A DNA stretch of 64,000 nucleotides from an uncultured Gammaproteobacteria bacterium (GCA_964569575.1 CAZMTL010000005.1:9053-73052); one strand, 5' to 3'. Shown: positions 35,804 through 47,873, counted from the stretch's first letter. Translations and numbers: made by a program. Notes: generated from the sequence alone by a model not told the origin.

Positions 35804-36496
35804 ATGATAGATATGGCAGTTTTGAAACACATCGCTTTTATTCCTGATGGAAACAGACGTTGGGCGAAGGAACGCCATGTCTCTGCGCTGGAAGGGCATA
35901 GACGGGGTTTTCGTGTTATGAAAGATGTGGTGAAGTGGTCTTTTGAAGCGGGTGTGCAGGAAGTGACTTTTTGGGGTTTTTCGACGGAGAATTGGAAGCG
36001 CTCGGAGGAAGAAGTGAGTTATTTGCTTGAACTCTTTTCTTTTTTCTTAAAAAAGGAGATTGCTTCGTTGAAGAAGGATGGAATTCGTTTTTGTTTTATT
36101 GGTTCGTTTGAAGGGTTGAGTGATGCTTTGCGAGATTTGGTTCAACGAGCTGAGGCTGAAACTGAAGCTGGTACGAGAGGGGTGGTAAATATGTGCTTTA
36201 ACTACGGAGGTAAAGAGGAGATTGTAGATGTTGTTCGTAAAGCGATTGAAAAAGGGTATTCAGCTGATCAGATTGATGCTTCGTTGGTGGATTCGCTTAT
36301 TCGTTCTGCTCGAATGACGGATATTGATCTTATCGTTCGTACTTCTGGAGAACAGCGGCTTTCGGGTTTTCAGCCTTGGAAAGGGGCTTATAGCGAGCTG
36401 GTGTTTGCGAGCGAGCACTGGCCAAGTTTTGATAAAGATGTTTTTGATCGTGTTGTTGAAGAGTTTTCTAGACGACAGAGGCGTTTTGGTGGCTAG
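35804..36496 (+). CDS. uppS: Isoprenyl transferase (undecaprenyl-diphosphate synthase)
   Basis: HIAFIPDGNRRWA, FSTENWKR, RTSGEQRLSGF; start may be the second ATG at 35813. Confidence 0.9.
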   Translation: MIDMAVLKHIAFIPDGNRRWAKERHVSALEGHRRGFRVMKDVVKWSFEAGVQEVTFWGFSTENWKRSEEEVSYLLELFSFFLKKEIASLKKDGIRFCFIGSFEGLSDALRDLVQRAEAETEAGTRGVVNMCFNYGGKEEIVDVVRKAIEKGYSADQIDASLVDSLIRSARMTDIDLIVRTSGEQRLSGFQPWKGAYSELVFASEHWPSFDKDVFDRVVEEFSRRQRRFGG

Positions 36497-36498
36497 GG

Positions 36499-36747
36499 CT
36501 AGTCTGTATAGTATTCGACAAGGAACCATTGAAGGGATTCTGTATCGAATTTTAATTTCATGAAAATTTCCTTGTTCGATACTGAGAAGTAGATAGATCG
36601 TTTTACTCCTACTTTTTCGGTATGAATAAAATTAACTGTTTCTATTTTGTAATTTGTGTTTTTCCACTGAACTTGTTGCGGCTTTGGGGCTGTATTTTTT
36701 GGAAAGTGTACAGTGACGTGTACGGGTTCGTAGACAAGCTCGTGCAT
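36499..36747 (-). CDS. Hypothetical 82-aa protein
   Basis: ORF only. An unlisted 54-aa basic ORF (36751..36915, minus) abuts it. Confidence 0.3.
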   Translation of the reverse strand: MHELVYEPVHVTVHFPKNTAPKPQQVQWKNTNYKIETVNFIHTEKVGVKRSIYFSVSNKEIFMKLKFDTESLQWFLVEYYTD

Positions 36748-36954
36748 AGGTTAATTGGTTTGAAGTTTTGAGAGTGCTGTTCTGATTCCTTGTTTGAATT
36801 TTCGGCGGCTGAGCTGTAGCTTGAAACGTTTTTTCATTTCTTTAATTTTTCGGTGACGTTCAGTGGTGCTGTAGGCGAGTGTTGTGTTGTAGTGGCGGAT
36901 GGTAGTGATTGACATAGGTTTTTTTGTTGATCGTTTTAAAATTTTGAGAGTTTT

Positions 36955-37000
36955 AAAACAGCACCGATCCAGGAGGAGGGGTTCGATGCTGTTTTTTAAA
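36955..37000. terminator. Imperfect hairpin AACAGCAcCGA...TCGATGCTGTT with A/T flanks, 3' of lexA
   Basis: ttaaaacagcaccgatccaggaggaggggttcgatgctgttttttaaatt. Confidence 0.45.
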
Positions 37001-37120
37001 TTGTAGGAACATTTTGTTCCGAAACGATTGTATCGTTTTGTTTCTGAGAAAGGGTCGGATCCCTTCGACTCTTTCTCAGAGTAAGCACTGGGATCTGTTT
37101 GTGCGTGCTCTGAGAAAGAG

Positions 37121-37750
37121 TTATGCGTGCGTAAATTTTCGAATAACTGCTTTTACGATTCCTTGGATATTGATGTCTCCTCGAATGATGATAGGGCTCA
37201 TGGTGCTATTCGCTGGCTGTAGTCTGATGTGGTCGCTTTCTCGGTAGAATCGTTTAAGTGTCGCGTAGGCATTGTCGAGTAGAGCTACGACTATGTCCCC
37301 ATTTCTTGGAGAGTGGTTTCGTTCGATGACGACGTAGTCACCGTCGAAAATGCCGTCTTCGATCATTGAGCGTCCTTTTACTTTTAGTACGTATGAGTTT
37401 TCTGGGTCTAGGACGAAGTCAGAAGGCACCGCGAACGCGTCCTGGTCTTCGATGGCTTCTATCGGCTCACCGGCGGTGATCACACCTACGAGAGGGAGGG
37501 CGATGCTCATTGGGGAAAGGTTTTCCGTTTCGATCAGTTCTATCGATCGCGCACTTCCGTCCTCGGCCGTGTTGATGACTCCTTTTTCACAGAGCGCTTG
37601 AATGTGCTGGTGAACCGTTGAAGGGGAGGCGTAGCCTAGTTTTTCTGCGATTTCACGGTATGAGGGCGTGTAGCCGTTTGCTTGAATGAAGGATTCGATG
37701 CAATCGAGTACTTGCTTTTGTTTCTTTGTAAGTGGGGGGAGTTGGTTCAT
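37121..37750 (-). CDS. lexA: LexA repressor (S24 peptidase)
   Basis: ORF 37121..37855 trimmed to MNQLPPLTKKQKQVLDCI; wHTH N-domain; Ser (KGRSM) and Lys (ATLKRF) catalytic dyad. Confidence 0.9.
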   Translation of the reverse strand: MNQLPPLTKKQKQVLDCIESFIQANGYTPSYREIAEKLGYASPSTVHQHIQALCEKGVINTAEDGSARSIELIETENLSPMSIALPLVGVITAGEPIEAIEDQDAFAVPSDFVLDPENSYVLKVKGRSMIEDGIFDGDYVVIERNHSPRNGDIVVALLDNAYATLKRFYRESDHIRLQPANSTMSPIIIRGDINIQGIVKAVIRKFTHA

Positions 37751-37785
37751 AGATTCTTGTTCGCTTTCTGTTCTTATTTTAATAC

Positions 37786-37812
37786 GAACAAAAAACGAAC
37801 ACAATTTTGTTC
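37786..37812. promoter_or_regulatory. Candidate SOS operator(s) in the lexA promoter: direct repeat GAAC-N7-GAAC (37786-37800) overlapping the imperfect palindrome GAACAcAATTTTGTTC (37797-37812)
   Basis: Read directly from the sequence, 36-62 nt upstream of the lexA start codon; GAAC/GTTC half-sites are shared by several described LexA box classes. Confidence 0.4.
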
Positions 37813-37873
37813 TGTGGATAACTTCGACTTTGCCTGTAAATACAAGAGAAAACATCCCGAAGGATGTTTTTCT

Positions 37874-40800
37874 TTAAAGGAGTTTTCGAAGAGACTGGAT
37901 TACGAGCGTTGCTGCGCCTGTGCTTGCTGTTTCTTGAATTGTTTCGATCGCTGCTCGTGTGAATTCTTTCAATCGATTGAAGAATTCGCTTGTGATTCCT
38001 CTATCTTCTTCGCTCGAAGACCGTTCGTTGAGTAGTTCTCGTTTTCGCGCTTCCGAAAACTCTATTCCGTCATTGAGAATGTCTTCTTCCGACATGTATG
38101 GAGCTTCGAAAACGAATTGATTTGTCAGCGTTGGGTTTAGGTCCAGTACATAGTCCGCCCAATTTTCACCTGCGATAAATGTTGCCAGCTCTTCTGTTTG
38201 CACCCAGCGTAGCTTTCCTGTCGTTGGATCGTTTGGATCTTGATGGAAGTAGTACACTTCATCCCGACTTTGGAATTTTACAAATGCTACGTGTTCACGT
38301 GGAAGCATTGGTTCTTGTATTGAGAATTCGCGTAATGTTTCGTCTGAAACCCATTTCACGTTTTCGAATGACCGTGCATGTGTAAAATAGCTGGTTTCGT
38401 CTACGAATGGTCGACGCGAAAGATCGCGGTCGATGCAGTAGACGGTTTCGAAGTTTTTGGAACGAATGTAGTCGCCTGGGAAGATTTTATCAACCGGTAC
38501 CAAGTCGCCCGACGTTGGCGAAACTCCGAGTTGGTAGCGAGCGCGATCGGCGGATGAAAGAGGAGTCATGAAGATGCTTTCGCATCCGAGAACAGGCTCT
38601 GTCTCAGGTTCGGAATTGTCACATTGTGTTGCTTCGTCAATATTGATATCGAAGACGAATGTTCCTGTTTGTTGCGCTCCGTTTCGGAATCGGATATAGA
38701 GCGTGTGTAGCCCGTCGTTGTTTGTTCCTACGAATGACGTTGTCATCGTTTGAGTGGTGAGCGCTTCTGTTCCTTGGTCTGGAATGTAGGATTGCCAAAG
38801 CGCACCAGCGAAGTCGATATTTTCTGCAATGATGTAGTCACTAATTTGAGATCCGCTCAATTGCAGAAGGATGGTGTTTGTTGGCGAGCATACCGGAAGG
38901 CTGACAGAGATATTTGTAGGAGGGACTGGTTCTGGACCACCGCTTCCGCCACCACCGCCACCTCCTCCTGAGTCGTTGTCGATGTTTACAATGGCGACGT
39001 CCTCGCCGTCTACAGAGTCGTAGATTGGGGCAGTTGTTTCTGCAACGTCAATGACTACTTGTGCGAGATAGGCAATGTTTCCGTCGACGATTGCGTCGTC
39101 TTGACCGGTTACAGTAACCGTTTGAGGAATGTCCCAGTTTTCTGAGTCGAACCAAAGTTCGCTACCACTCGTGATGGTTCCTTCAGTTAAGTCACTCGAA
39201 CTAATATCGAAATGGACCTCCGTTCCAATAGCTGGTCGAGCGGTGATTTCTACGGTAAATGTTCCTGTTACTCCTGCTTCGGTTGTGTTGTTCGAAATTG
39301 TCGATACGATTATTCCAGAAACGTCGTCGTCAATGTTAGTGACTGCTACTTGCTCGCTTGCGATCACATCGTATTCGTCTGCAAGTGTAAGATCTTGATC
39401 GATGGTGACATCTATATTGTAATCAATGTCTCCGTCATCGAAGTCGTCATCTTGTCCAGTAATGGTTACTGTTTGCGGGATGGCCCAGTCTTCTGTTGTG
39501 AATGTGAGTATGGAACCAGTTGTTACAATTCCTTCGTCTGTATTGTCGGACGCTGTATTGATGATGACTGTGTTTGTCGGTTCGGTTAAGAGGACAACGG
39601 TAAACGTAGCTGTTATGCCAGCTTCGGTCGTATCATTTGATATTTCTGAAACAAGAATTCCGGGTTCATTATCAGTTTCTGCGTTGAAGAGAAGGCTATC
39701 TACTTGGGGATTTTCGTGTGTGTCGTTTGAGAAGAAGGTTGCTGAACTATAAACGTCATCCACGTTGGTATCCCATCCGTTTACAGCGGTTAAATCTGCT
39801 TCGTCGAGTAGTTCGAGGGCGGTGCCGGTCATTCGGTTGTTCGGCCCGTCTGCAATGGATTCCGAAATGGCGGTTGCTGCTTCGCTTACGCTTGCGACTG
39901 CCCATGTTCCGCCGTTTTCTCGGTAATACCAGGTTCCGTCAACGTTTCCGTGAACGAGCGTATCGTTTGAGGCGATGGGTCGTAGGTCTGCGTTGATTCG
40001 ATACGTAGCTCCTTCATCGAACGAAAGGGCGTAGTAGATGGACTGGTTATTGAGGGTTTCTGCTACATCGATGTCACTGAGCGTGAGAAGGGCGCTTGTG
40101 TCGGCTGCTGCTGTTAGTTCGGTGACAATGGTGTAGTACGTGTTTTCTTCTACGCCGTAAACTACTTCGTGTAGGAAGTTTTCAGATCCTTCTTCGAATA
40201 TTTCTTCTGCATCGAGTGACCACAGGTCTCCTTGGCTGTCGATGGCCGCTGCGTTTATTGAACTACTTTCTGTTGCGATGTCTTCGAGGAAGTTGTCGCT
40301 TTCTAAGTCGTATCTGGACCAATTAGCTATTCCTAGGTAGAGAATATTTCTTGTGGGTTCGATAACCATGTCCTGAACTTGTCCGGTTGGTTTGTAGAAC
40401 TCTACGGCGAGTGTCGCGCTATCGATGGCGATCAGGAAATTATTTGCAATCAGGATGCGTTCATTCAGGTTGTCGTAGAGCATGGTTGTAGGTGTTCCTT
40501 GCGATAGACTTGGTGTGGAGTGCAATTGTACGCTGCTGTTTTCGAAGGTACCGTTGTAGTACGCGCCTGTTGCGGCGTTTATTTTTACTGCAAGATCTTT
40601 TACTGAGGTGGTGATGACCGCCCAGATTGCATCTTCGTTTGAATCATAAGCAAGATCAAGTATTTGGTCATTTTCTTCCAAAATACTGCCGTTGATCGTG
40701 TAGGAGCTGTTAGCAATGTTGCCGTTCGCAAATGCGCCCGTGACTGCGTTTATTTTTACAATGTTTGGAATGCCTTGGTCGTCTTCGTCCGCGACCCAAA

Positions 40801-42913
40801 TAATATCGTTGCTTGCGTCTACGTCATTTCGATTATCGAATACGATAGCAGAGGGTGCATCTGCGAAATCGGTTGCTCCATTGAGGGTGACTTCAATAAA
40901 AACTGTACCGTTGTCGTTTAAGGCGGTGATGCTCGGTCCTCCGTTATTGTTCGATTCTGTGACCCACAGCCGATTGCGAGTTGGTTCTTCGTCGAGCACC
41001 ATGTCGTATGCTTGTCCGTCGAGTACTATGAATTCGTTTAGGATGGTTGTGTCAATTTCGTATTCAATAACAGATCCGTTCGCGTTAAAATACCAAAGAC
41101 TATTATTTATTTCATCATAAACAAGAGGGGAGGTAGAGGGTTCGTACTCCGCTCCCTCGTCAGTTAGATTTCGTTCCGTATTTAGGTAATAGAACTCTTC
41201 GAGGCTACCGATCGAATTTTCTATTTGCGTTCGGGTCGTGTCTTCTTCTTGATACTGATCCGGATCCTCGAAATCGGTAAGGGCAACGGGCTGATCGTTA
41301 TCCAGGTTTGTTCCTGTAATCACCGAACCTGCAAGGCCGTTGAAAAGCGGGTCTGTTGAACTTGATGACCCGATCGTGATTGTGTAATCGATGGACCCGT
41401 CATTTAGTCCGTCGTCTTGGCCGGTCACTGTGATTGTTTGCACGTCTTCCCAGTTAGCGTTTGTGAATGTAAGACTGGCTGATGAGACAGTTCCTTCGGA
41501 TGTGTCCGAACTCTCCACCGGGATGGTGACGTCGTTTGTTGGTTGTTGATTTAGAGCGACTTCGATGGTGAATGTATCGCCGCTTTCACTCGTAATGCGG
41601 TCACTGGTTTCAAAAATAAGTATTCGTTCGTTAAAGTCGATATTTGTGTTATTTCCTGCGTTGATACATTGGTCATAGCATGCGGCTTCGGTTCCGACCC
41701 AGGTAATGTCTTGAATTTCAAGCGAATCTAGCTGTGCGAATGTTCCGTCGAAATCTATGGTAGCCGCGTTGCCCGGTGAAGAGCTTTGCAGGAGCCCGCC
41801 GCTTACGTAGAATGATTCGTTTATTGTGATCGTTTCGCTAGCTTCGAGTACCAGAGTGCTCGCGCGTAGGATGTTGAATGTGGGTGATCCGATGATGCTT
41901 TGTTCGCCTGGGAAATTTACAAAGCGCACGCTTCCATTTCCTGCATTGAATATTCCGTTTGTTTCGGAGAAAAATTCACCCGTGAATAATATTGCCGTTG
42001 CATCACCGTCGAGTAATCCTTCGTCTAGAAATACACTTCCTCCAAAGAAGAATTGATCAGTTAGCATGTTTCCTGGCAGGATTACTTCTGCACCAGCATT
42101 GCTGATTCGAAGTCCAGGAAACCATCCGCCGTCGAACGCGTTTACGGTGATCGCTGATTGAATATCAATTTCGCCGTTTCCAAGTTGTGAAGAAGATGAA
42201 CATGTTCCCGTATGGGTCATCGTTCCTTGTACTTCGATTGTTCCTTCGTTGAAGGTGCAGCCCGCACCAAGATTGAATTCTCCCTCCACTGCAATCACTT
42301 CCCCTGGCGTCATGTTGAGCGTTCGTATGTCGCTTGCAAAATTGAGTGTAAAATCGAAGAAGGTGATACCTGTGTCTACTGCGGCTGTTATATTACGACC
42401 CTCGAGTGCCACTTCTCCGTTGTTGTGGCTGAATGTAGCTGCGGCATTATAAGTAAAGTTGTGATCCACGAAATCGTTTTCAAAACTCATTTTCCCCGAT
42501 GTTGCAGTAAAGGTTCCTCCGGTTAATTCGAAATCGCCGTTTATTATGATCGCTTGCGATCCCCCGGCGAATGTTCCTCCCGCCATTGTGAAGTCGTTTA
42601 CGGTAATGCTGCCGGCTTGTGTGATCGTTCCTGCGTAATCGTTTTGAATTTCGATAGCGACGACCGAAATGGCTACGTTTACAATCGCGCTGTCGTTCGA
42701 AATAGCTCCGTCGAATACCGCGATGTCGGTTACGGTTGGGCAGATGTTTGTTGACCAGTTATCGCAATCGTTCCAGTTATCGCTTATCCCGCCACCATCC
42801 CAGGTGTAGGTGGCACTTTGTGTTGAAAGGATGTGCCAAATGGCGATAAAACCTGTTGCAACAAAAAGGCTAACGAGCAAAATCGTTAATCGTTTCAGGG
42901 AAAGAATTTTCAT
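37874..42913 (-). CDS. Giant secreted protein (1679 aa): signal peptide, parallel beta-helix-like GG(T/A)F repeats, beta-propeller-like region, three Calx-beta/cadherin-like repeats, (Gly)12 linker, conserved about 120-aa domain shared with the CTLD protein, and an acidic coiled-coil tail
   Basis: ORF track; signal peptide MKILSLKRLTILLVSLFVATGFIAIWHILS; repeats 'SSDTSEGTV..LTFT..NW..PQTVTVTGQDD...DG.I.Y' x3; DSGGGGGGGGSGGPEP. Confidence 0.85.
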   Translation of the reverse strand: MKILSLKRLTILLVSLFVATGFIAIWHILSTQSATYTWDGGGISDNWNDCDNWSTNICPTVTDIAVFDGAISNDSAIVNVAISVVAIEIQNDYAGTITQAGSITVNDFTMAGGTFAGGSQAIIINGDFELTGGTFTATSGKMSFENDFVDHNFTYNAAATFSHNNGEVALEGRNITAAVDTGITFFDFTLNFASDIRTLNMTPGEVIAVEGEFNLGAGCTFNEGTIEVQGTMTHTGTCSSSSQLGNGEIDIQSAITVNAFDGGWFPGLRISNAGAEVILPGNMLTDQFFFGGSVFLDEGLLDGDATAILFTGEFFSETNGIFNAGNGSVRFVNFPGEQSIIGSPTFNILRASTLVLEASETITINESFYVSGGLLQSSSPGNAATIDFDGTFAQLDSLEIQDITWVGTEAACYDQCINAGNNTNIDFNERILIFETSDRITSESGDTFTIEVALNQQPTNDVTIPVESSDTSEGTVSSASLTFTNANWEDVQTITVTGQDDGLNDGSIDYTITIGSSSSTDPLFNGLAGSVITGTNLDNDQPVALTDFEDPDQYQEEDTTRTQIENSIGSLEEFYYLNTERNLTDEGAEYEPSTSPLVYDEINNSLWYFNANGSVIEYEIDTTILNEFIVLDGQAYDMVLDEEPTRNRLWVTESNNNGGPSITALNDNGTVFIEVTLNGATDFADAPSAIVFDNRNDVDASNDIIWVADEDDQGIPNIVKINAVTGAFANGNIANSSYTINGSILEENDQILDLAYDSNEDAIWAVITTSVKDLAVKINAATGAYYNGTFENSSVQLHSTPSLSQGTPTTMLYDNLNERILIANNFLIAIDSATLAVEFYKPTGQVQDMVIEPTRNILYLGIANWSRYDLESDNFLEDIATESSSINAAAIDSQGDLWSLDAEEIFEEGSENFLHEVVYGVEENTYYTIVTELTAAADTSALLTLSDIDVAETLNNQSIYYALSFDEGATYRINADLRPIASNDTLVHGNVDGTWYYRENGGTWAVASVSEAATAISESIADGPNNRMTGTALELLDEADLTAVNGWDTNVDDVYSSATFFSNDTHENPQVDSLLFNAETDNEPGILVSEISNDTTEAGITATFTVVLLTEPTNTVIINTASDNTDEGIVTTGSILTFTTEDWAIPQTVTITGQDDDFDDGDIDYNIDVTIDQDLTLADEYDVIASEQVAVTNIDDDVSGIIVSTISNNTTEAGVTGTFTVEITARPAIGTEVHFDISSSDLTEGTITSGSELWFDSENWDIPQTVTVTGQDDAIVDGNIAYLAQVVIDVAETTAPIYDSVDGEDVAIVNIDNDSGGGGGGGGSGGPEPVPPTNISVSLPVCSPTNTILLQLSGSQISDYIIAENIDFAGALWQSYIPDQGTEALTTQTMTTSFVGTNNDGLHTLYIRFRNGAQQTGTFVFDINIDEATQCDNSEPETEPVLGCESIFMTPLSSADRARYQLGVSPTSGDLVPVDKIFPGDYIRSKNFETVYCIDRDLSRRPFVDETSYFTHARSFENVKWVSDETLREFSIQEPMLPREHVAFVKFQSRDEVYYFHQDPNDPTTGKLRWVQTEELATFIAGENWADYVLDLNPTLTNQFVFEAPYMSEEDILNDGIEFSEARKRELLNERSSSEEDRGITSEFFNRLKEFTRAAIETIQETASTGAATLVIQSLRKLL

Positions 42914-42930
42914 AATTCATGACAAGCGAG

Positions 42931-42945
42931 TATACTTTTAGTATA
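42931..42945. promoter_or_regulatory. Perfect palindrome TATACT-TTT-AGTATA in the 51-bp divergent intergenic region: two back-to-back overlapping -10 hexamers, one per strand
   Basis: Read directly from the sequence. Confidence 0.4.
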
Positions 42946-42964
42946 TCAAATTTTTATCCTATTT

Positions 42965-44017
42965 GTGCGGAATTTTGCATTAGTTATCCTCATTTTTATT
43001 GTGTTAGGTGCAGGTTGTGCTGATGCCGATGTTGTGGTTGAAAATTTGTCTGACGATGAGGCGTTGACTGAGTCTGTGATCGAAGGTGGTGTTGATCTTG
43101 TTTTGCCTGTTGATGGGTATGCCGAGCGTTTGCGCGTGAAGGCGTTTGGAGAGTTTATTCAGGATCGATTTAGCGGATTTCATGTAGGCGATGATATTGA
43201 GTTTACGGATGTTGAGGGCGAGGTACTGGTGTATGCGATTGCGGATGGAGTTGTGAAAAGAGCTGAATTTGTGAGCGGATACGGTGGTTTGGTGATTGTA
43301 GAGCATGTTGTTGGCGAGCAGGTGTATACAGCGTTGTATGGTCATTTGGATCCAGCTGATTTGCCGCCGGTAGAACGTGTGGTTGAGATGGGGCAGATAT
43401 TGGGGCGTTTGGGAGAAGGGGAGTCGATTGAGACGGATTGGGAGCGAAAGCATCTTCATTTTGGTTTGTATCTGGGCGCAGGCAGTCGATTGCAGGGTTA
43501 CGAGGCCACTGAGGCTGGGTTGGGGCAGTGGGTGAATCCATCTTCATTCTTTATCGATCGTGGAGCGCTGTATCGCGATGAGTCTCGTGTATTTAGTGAT
43601 GAATTGGGCTCGGAGGTATTTGCTATTGATTTCGAGGTGCCGGTTGGGTTGGAAGTGGAGTATATTCCTTCTATTCAATCATTGAATTTATTCAGCCTAA
43701 ACGGTGAGGGTTCGGCGCGTGATCGTTCGCAGGTGTTGATTCGGTATTTTGATGCGGCTGATTTTTTGACGCTTTCTACAGTTCAGATTTATTCGACGGA
43801 AGAAGATGTTGTTGGAGATGGATATGAAGCGCGTCGGTATAATATTGAAAAACGGGATGGGATTGCTGATTTTACCGACCAGCCCTCTTGGAGGAACGAA
43901 CGTCATATTGTGACAGATTTTCGTAAACAGGATGGATTTGGGCGCTATTATGTAGTGGCGAAGAATCCTGAGTTGAGTGAAGAGGTGTATCAGCAATTAC
44001 TTGATAGCATTCGTTAG
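42965..44017 (+). CDS. M23-family metallopeptidase lipoprotein (GTG start) with a C-terminal accessory domain
   Basis: LGAGC lipobox; HVGDD...ALYGHL...HLHFGL M23 motifs. Confidence 0.8.
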   Translation: MRNFALVILIFIVLGAGCADADVVVENLSDDEALTESVIEGGVDLVLPVDGYAERLRVKAFGEFIQDRFSGFHVGDDIEFTDVEGEVLVYAIADGVVKRAEFVSGYGGLVIVEHVVGEQVYTALYGHLDPADLPPVERVVEMGQILGRLGEGESIETDWERKHLHFGLYLGAGSRLQGYEATEAGLGQWVNPSSFFIDRGALYRDESRVFSDELGSEVFAIDFEVPVGLEVEYIPSIQSLNLFSLNGEGSARDRSQVLIRYFDAADFLTLSTVQIYSTEEDVVGDGYEARRYNIEKRDGIADFTDQPSWRNERHIVTDFRKQDGFGRYYVVAKNPELSEEVYQQLLDSIR

Positions 44018-44023
44018 TGTTGG

Positions 44024-44060
44024 CGAGATAAAAAAAAACCACGCCTTTGCAGGCGTGGTT
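44024..44060. terminator. Bidirectional terminator CCACGCC-TTTGCA-GGCGTGG with A9/T6 flanks
   Basis: aaaaaaaaaccacgcctttgcaggcgtggttttttatttt. Confidence 0.75.
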
Positions 44061-44062
44061 TT

Positions 44063-45073
44063 TTATTTTACTTCGGTTTTTGCTCCTGGTTTGTTGTCGT
44101 ACTGTTTTGACTTGTAGAACATGTAGAGTGCTACAAGTGCGATGGCGATTAAGGCGATCCACCAGGCTTTTATAAGTACTACAGCGGTGAAGATGACGAT
44201 CCAGAGAGGTACTGCGATGATGAAGGCCGCGATTGCTGTAAGCAATCCTGTTCCTCGGCTAAGAAGTGGCCCGATGATTGGGATGAGGTTGAAGTGTCCA
44301 CCAAGCCATCGAATTGGACCTAGGATCAGGAGGATTCCAACAAACAACATGACGAAGGTGACGACCCATAATGTTGTACGCGCTGCTGTGTCACGTGCTT
44401 TTAGTTTTTCGAGCGTTGTTGATTGATCGTATTGTGAAACGACGAATGTTTTTTCACCCGATGTGATTGTTGTGCCAGTTGATGTTCCTGCAACCGTTAA
44501 CATTTCCGGAAGTGGGAAGTAGTTGTAGACACTTCGGGATTCATTTCCGTTTGTGGCGTATCCTGTTTCAACTGTGGCGTCTTCTAGATCGAGGTACAGA
44601 GTGCTTTGGGTTGGTTTTACGGTGTATTGACCAACGTTTACATCGTAGATCGAGTAGAGCACGTTTTGTTCCTCCCAAGCTGATTTTTCTACGTCGTAAC
44701 ATGGTTCGCAGTTGCCTTCGCTGTCACATTCGGTTCCGTTTTGTCGGATCACTTTATATTGCGAACTGTTTTCGATGTACGACCCACACATTAGATCGGT
44801 TTTGATGACGAATTCTTGCTGGCTTTCTTTTTGGTAGATGCACGGCCCTTCAATGCAGTCCTCGCCTCCATTTACTGCCGAGAATTGAGGTGTTCCGGTT
44901 GTTTTTATGTAGCCAGTTGCTTGATCTGTGGATTCAGTAACTTCGGCACTCTTGAAGTCTTTTGCTGAATGTTGGCTTTGTGCAGACCACATTGCGAGCG
45001 GTGATCCGATGACGAGTAGAATACCGATCCCGATTCCAAGTAGGCTGCCCCCTAGATTTGATGTTCTTAACAT
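44063..45073 (-). CDS. Hypothetical membrane protein: N-terminal TM, Cys-containing extracytoplasmic domain, C-terminal 3-4 TM bundle
   Basis: Hydropathy pattern read from the translation. Confidence 0.6.
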   Translation of the reverse strand: MLRTSNLGGSLLGIGIGILLVIGSPLAMWSAQSQHSAKDFKSAEVTESTDQATGYIKTTGTPQFSAVNGGEDCIEGPCIYQKESQQEFVIKTDLMCGSYIENSSQYKVIRQNGTECDSEGNCEPCYDVEKSAWEEQNVLYSIYDVNVGQYTVKPTQSTLYLDLEDATVETGYATNGNESRSVYNYFPLPEMLTVAGTSTGTTITSGEKTFVVSQYDQSTTLEKLKARDTAARTTLWVVTFVMLFVGILLILGPIRWLGGHFNLIPIIGPLLSRGTGLLTAIAAFIIAVPLWIVIFTAVVLIKAWWIALIAIALVALYMFYKSKQYDNKPGAKTEVK

Positions 45074-45170
45074 AGATATTGATAAATTTGTTTTAGTATA
45101 GCAGATGTTGAGCGGAATGCGTTATATTATGCCGATAAAAAAACAGCCGAGCGTATGCCCGGGTGTTTTT

Positions 45171-45572
45171 TTATTCTGTTTCTTGCAAGCCTTCTTGAAG
45201 GGCTGCGCGTTGTTCTTCCATGAATTGAACTTGATATTCGTTCAATGATCCCGAGCTGATTTGTTCAGCAAGGAAGTTGAGATATTCTTCCATGGATTCG
45301 ATGGTGACTGATGCTTCCTGGTGTCCTTGGTTGGCAAGGATGTGTACTTTTCCTGCATCGTTTACCGAAACCGAACCTTGTCGAATAACGAATTTTTCTT
45401 CTGTCGCACCGCTTCGGATGAATACTTTTGAATAGAGTATTGTTCCGACGATTGTGGTGTGATTCGGAAGAATTTCCATGCGTCCCAAGTCTGTTTTTAG
45501 CCGCACAACTTCCGCTTCTCCAGAAAACAGGACTTCGGTTGGCGTACGCAGTGTGACGTTTAAGACGTTCAT
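45171..45572 (-). CDS. atpC: ATP synthase F1 epsilon subunit
   Basis: Operon position after atpD; 133 aa. Confidence 0.85.
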   Translation of the reverse strand: MNVLNVTLRTPTEVLFSGEAEVVRLKTDLGRMEILPNHTTIVGTILYSKVFIRSGATEEKFVIRQGSVSVNDAGKVHILANQGHQEASVTIESMEEYLNFLAEQISSGSLNEYQVQFMEEQRAALQEGLQETE

Positions 45573-45573
45573 A

Positions 45574-47872
<2,299 letters not shown>

Positions 47873-47873
47873 G

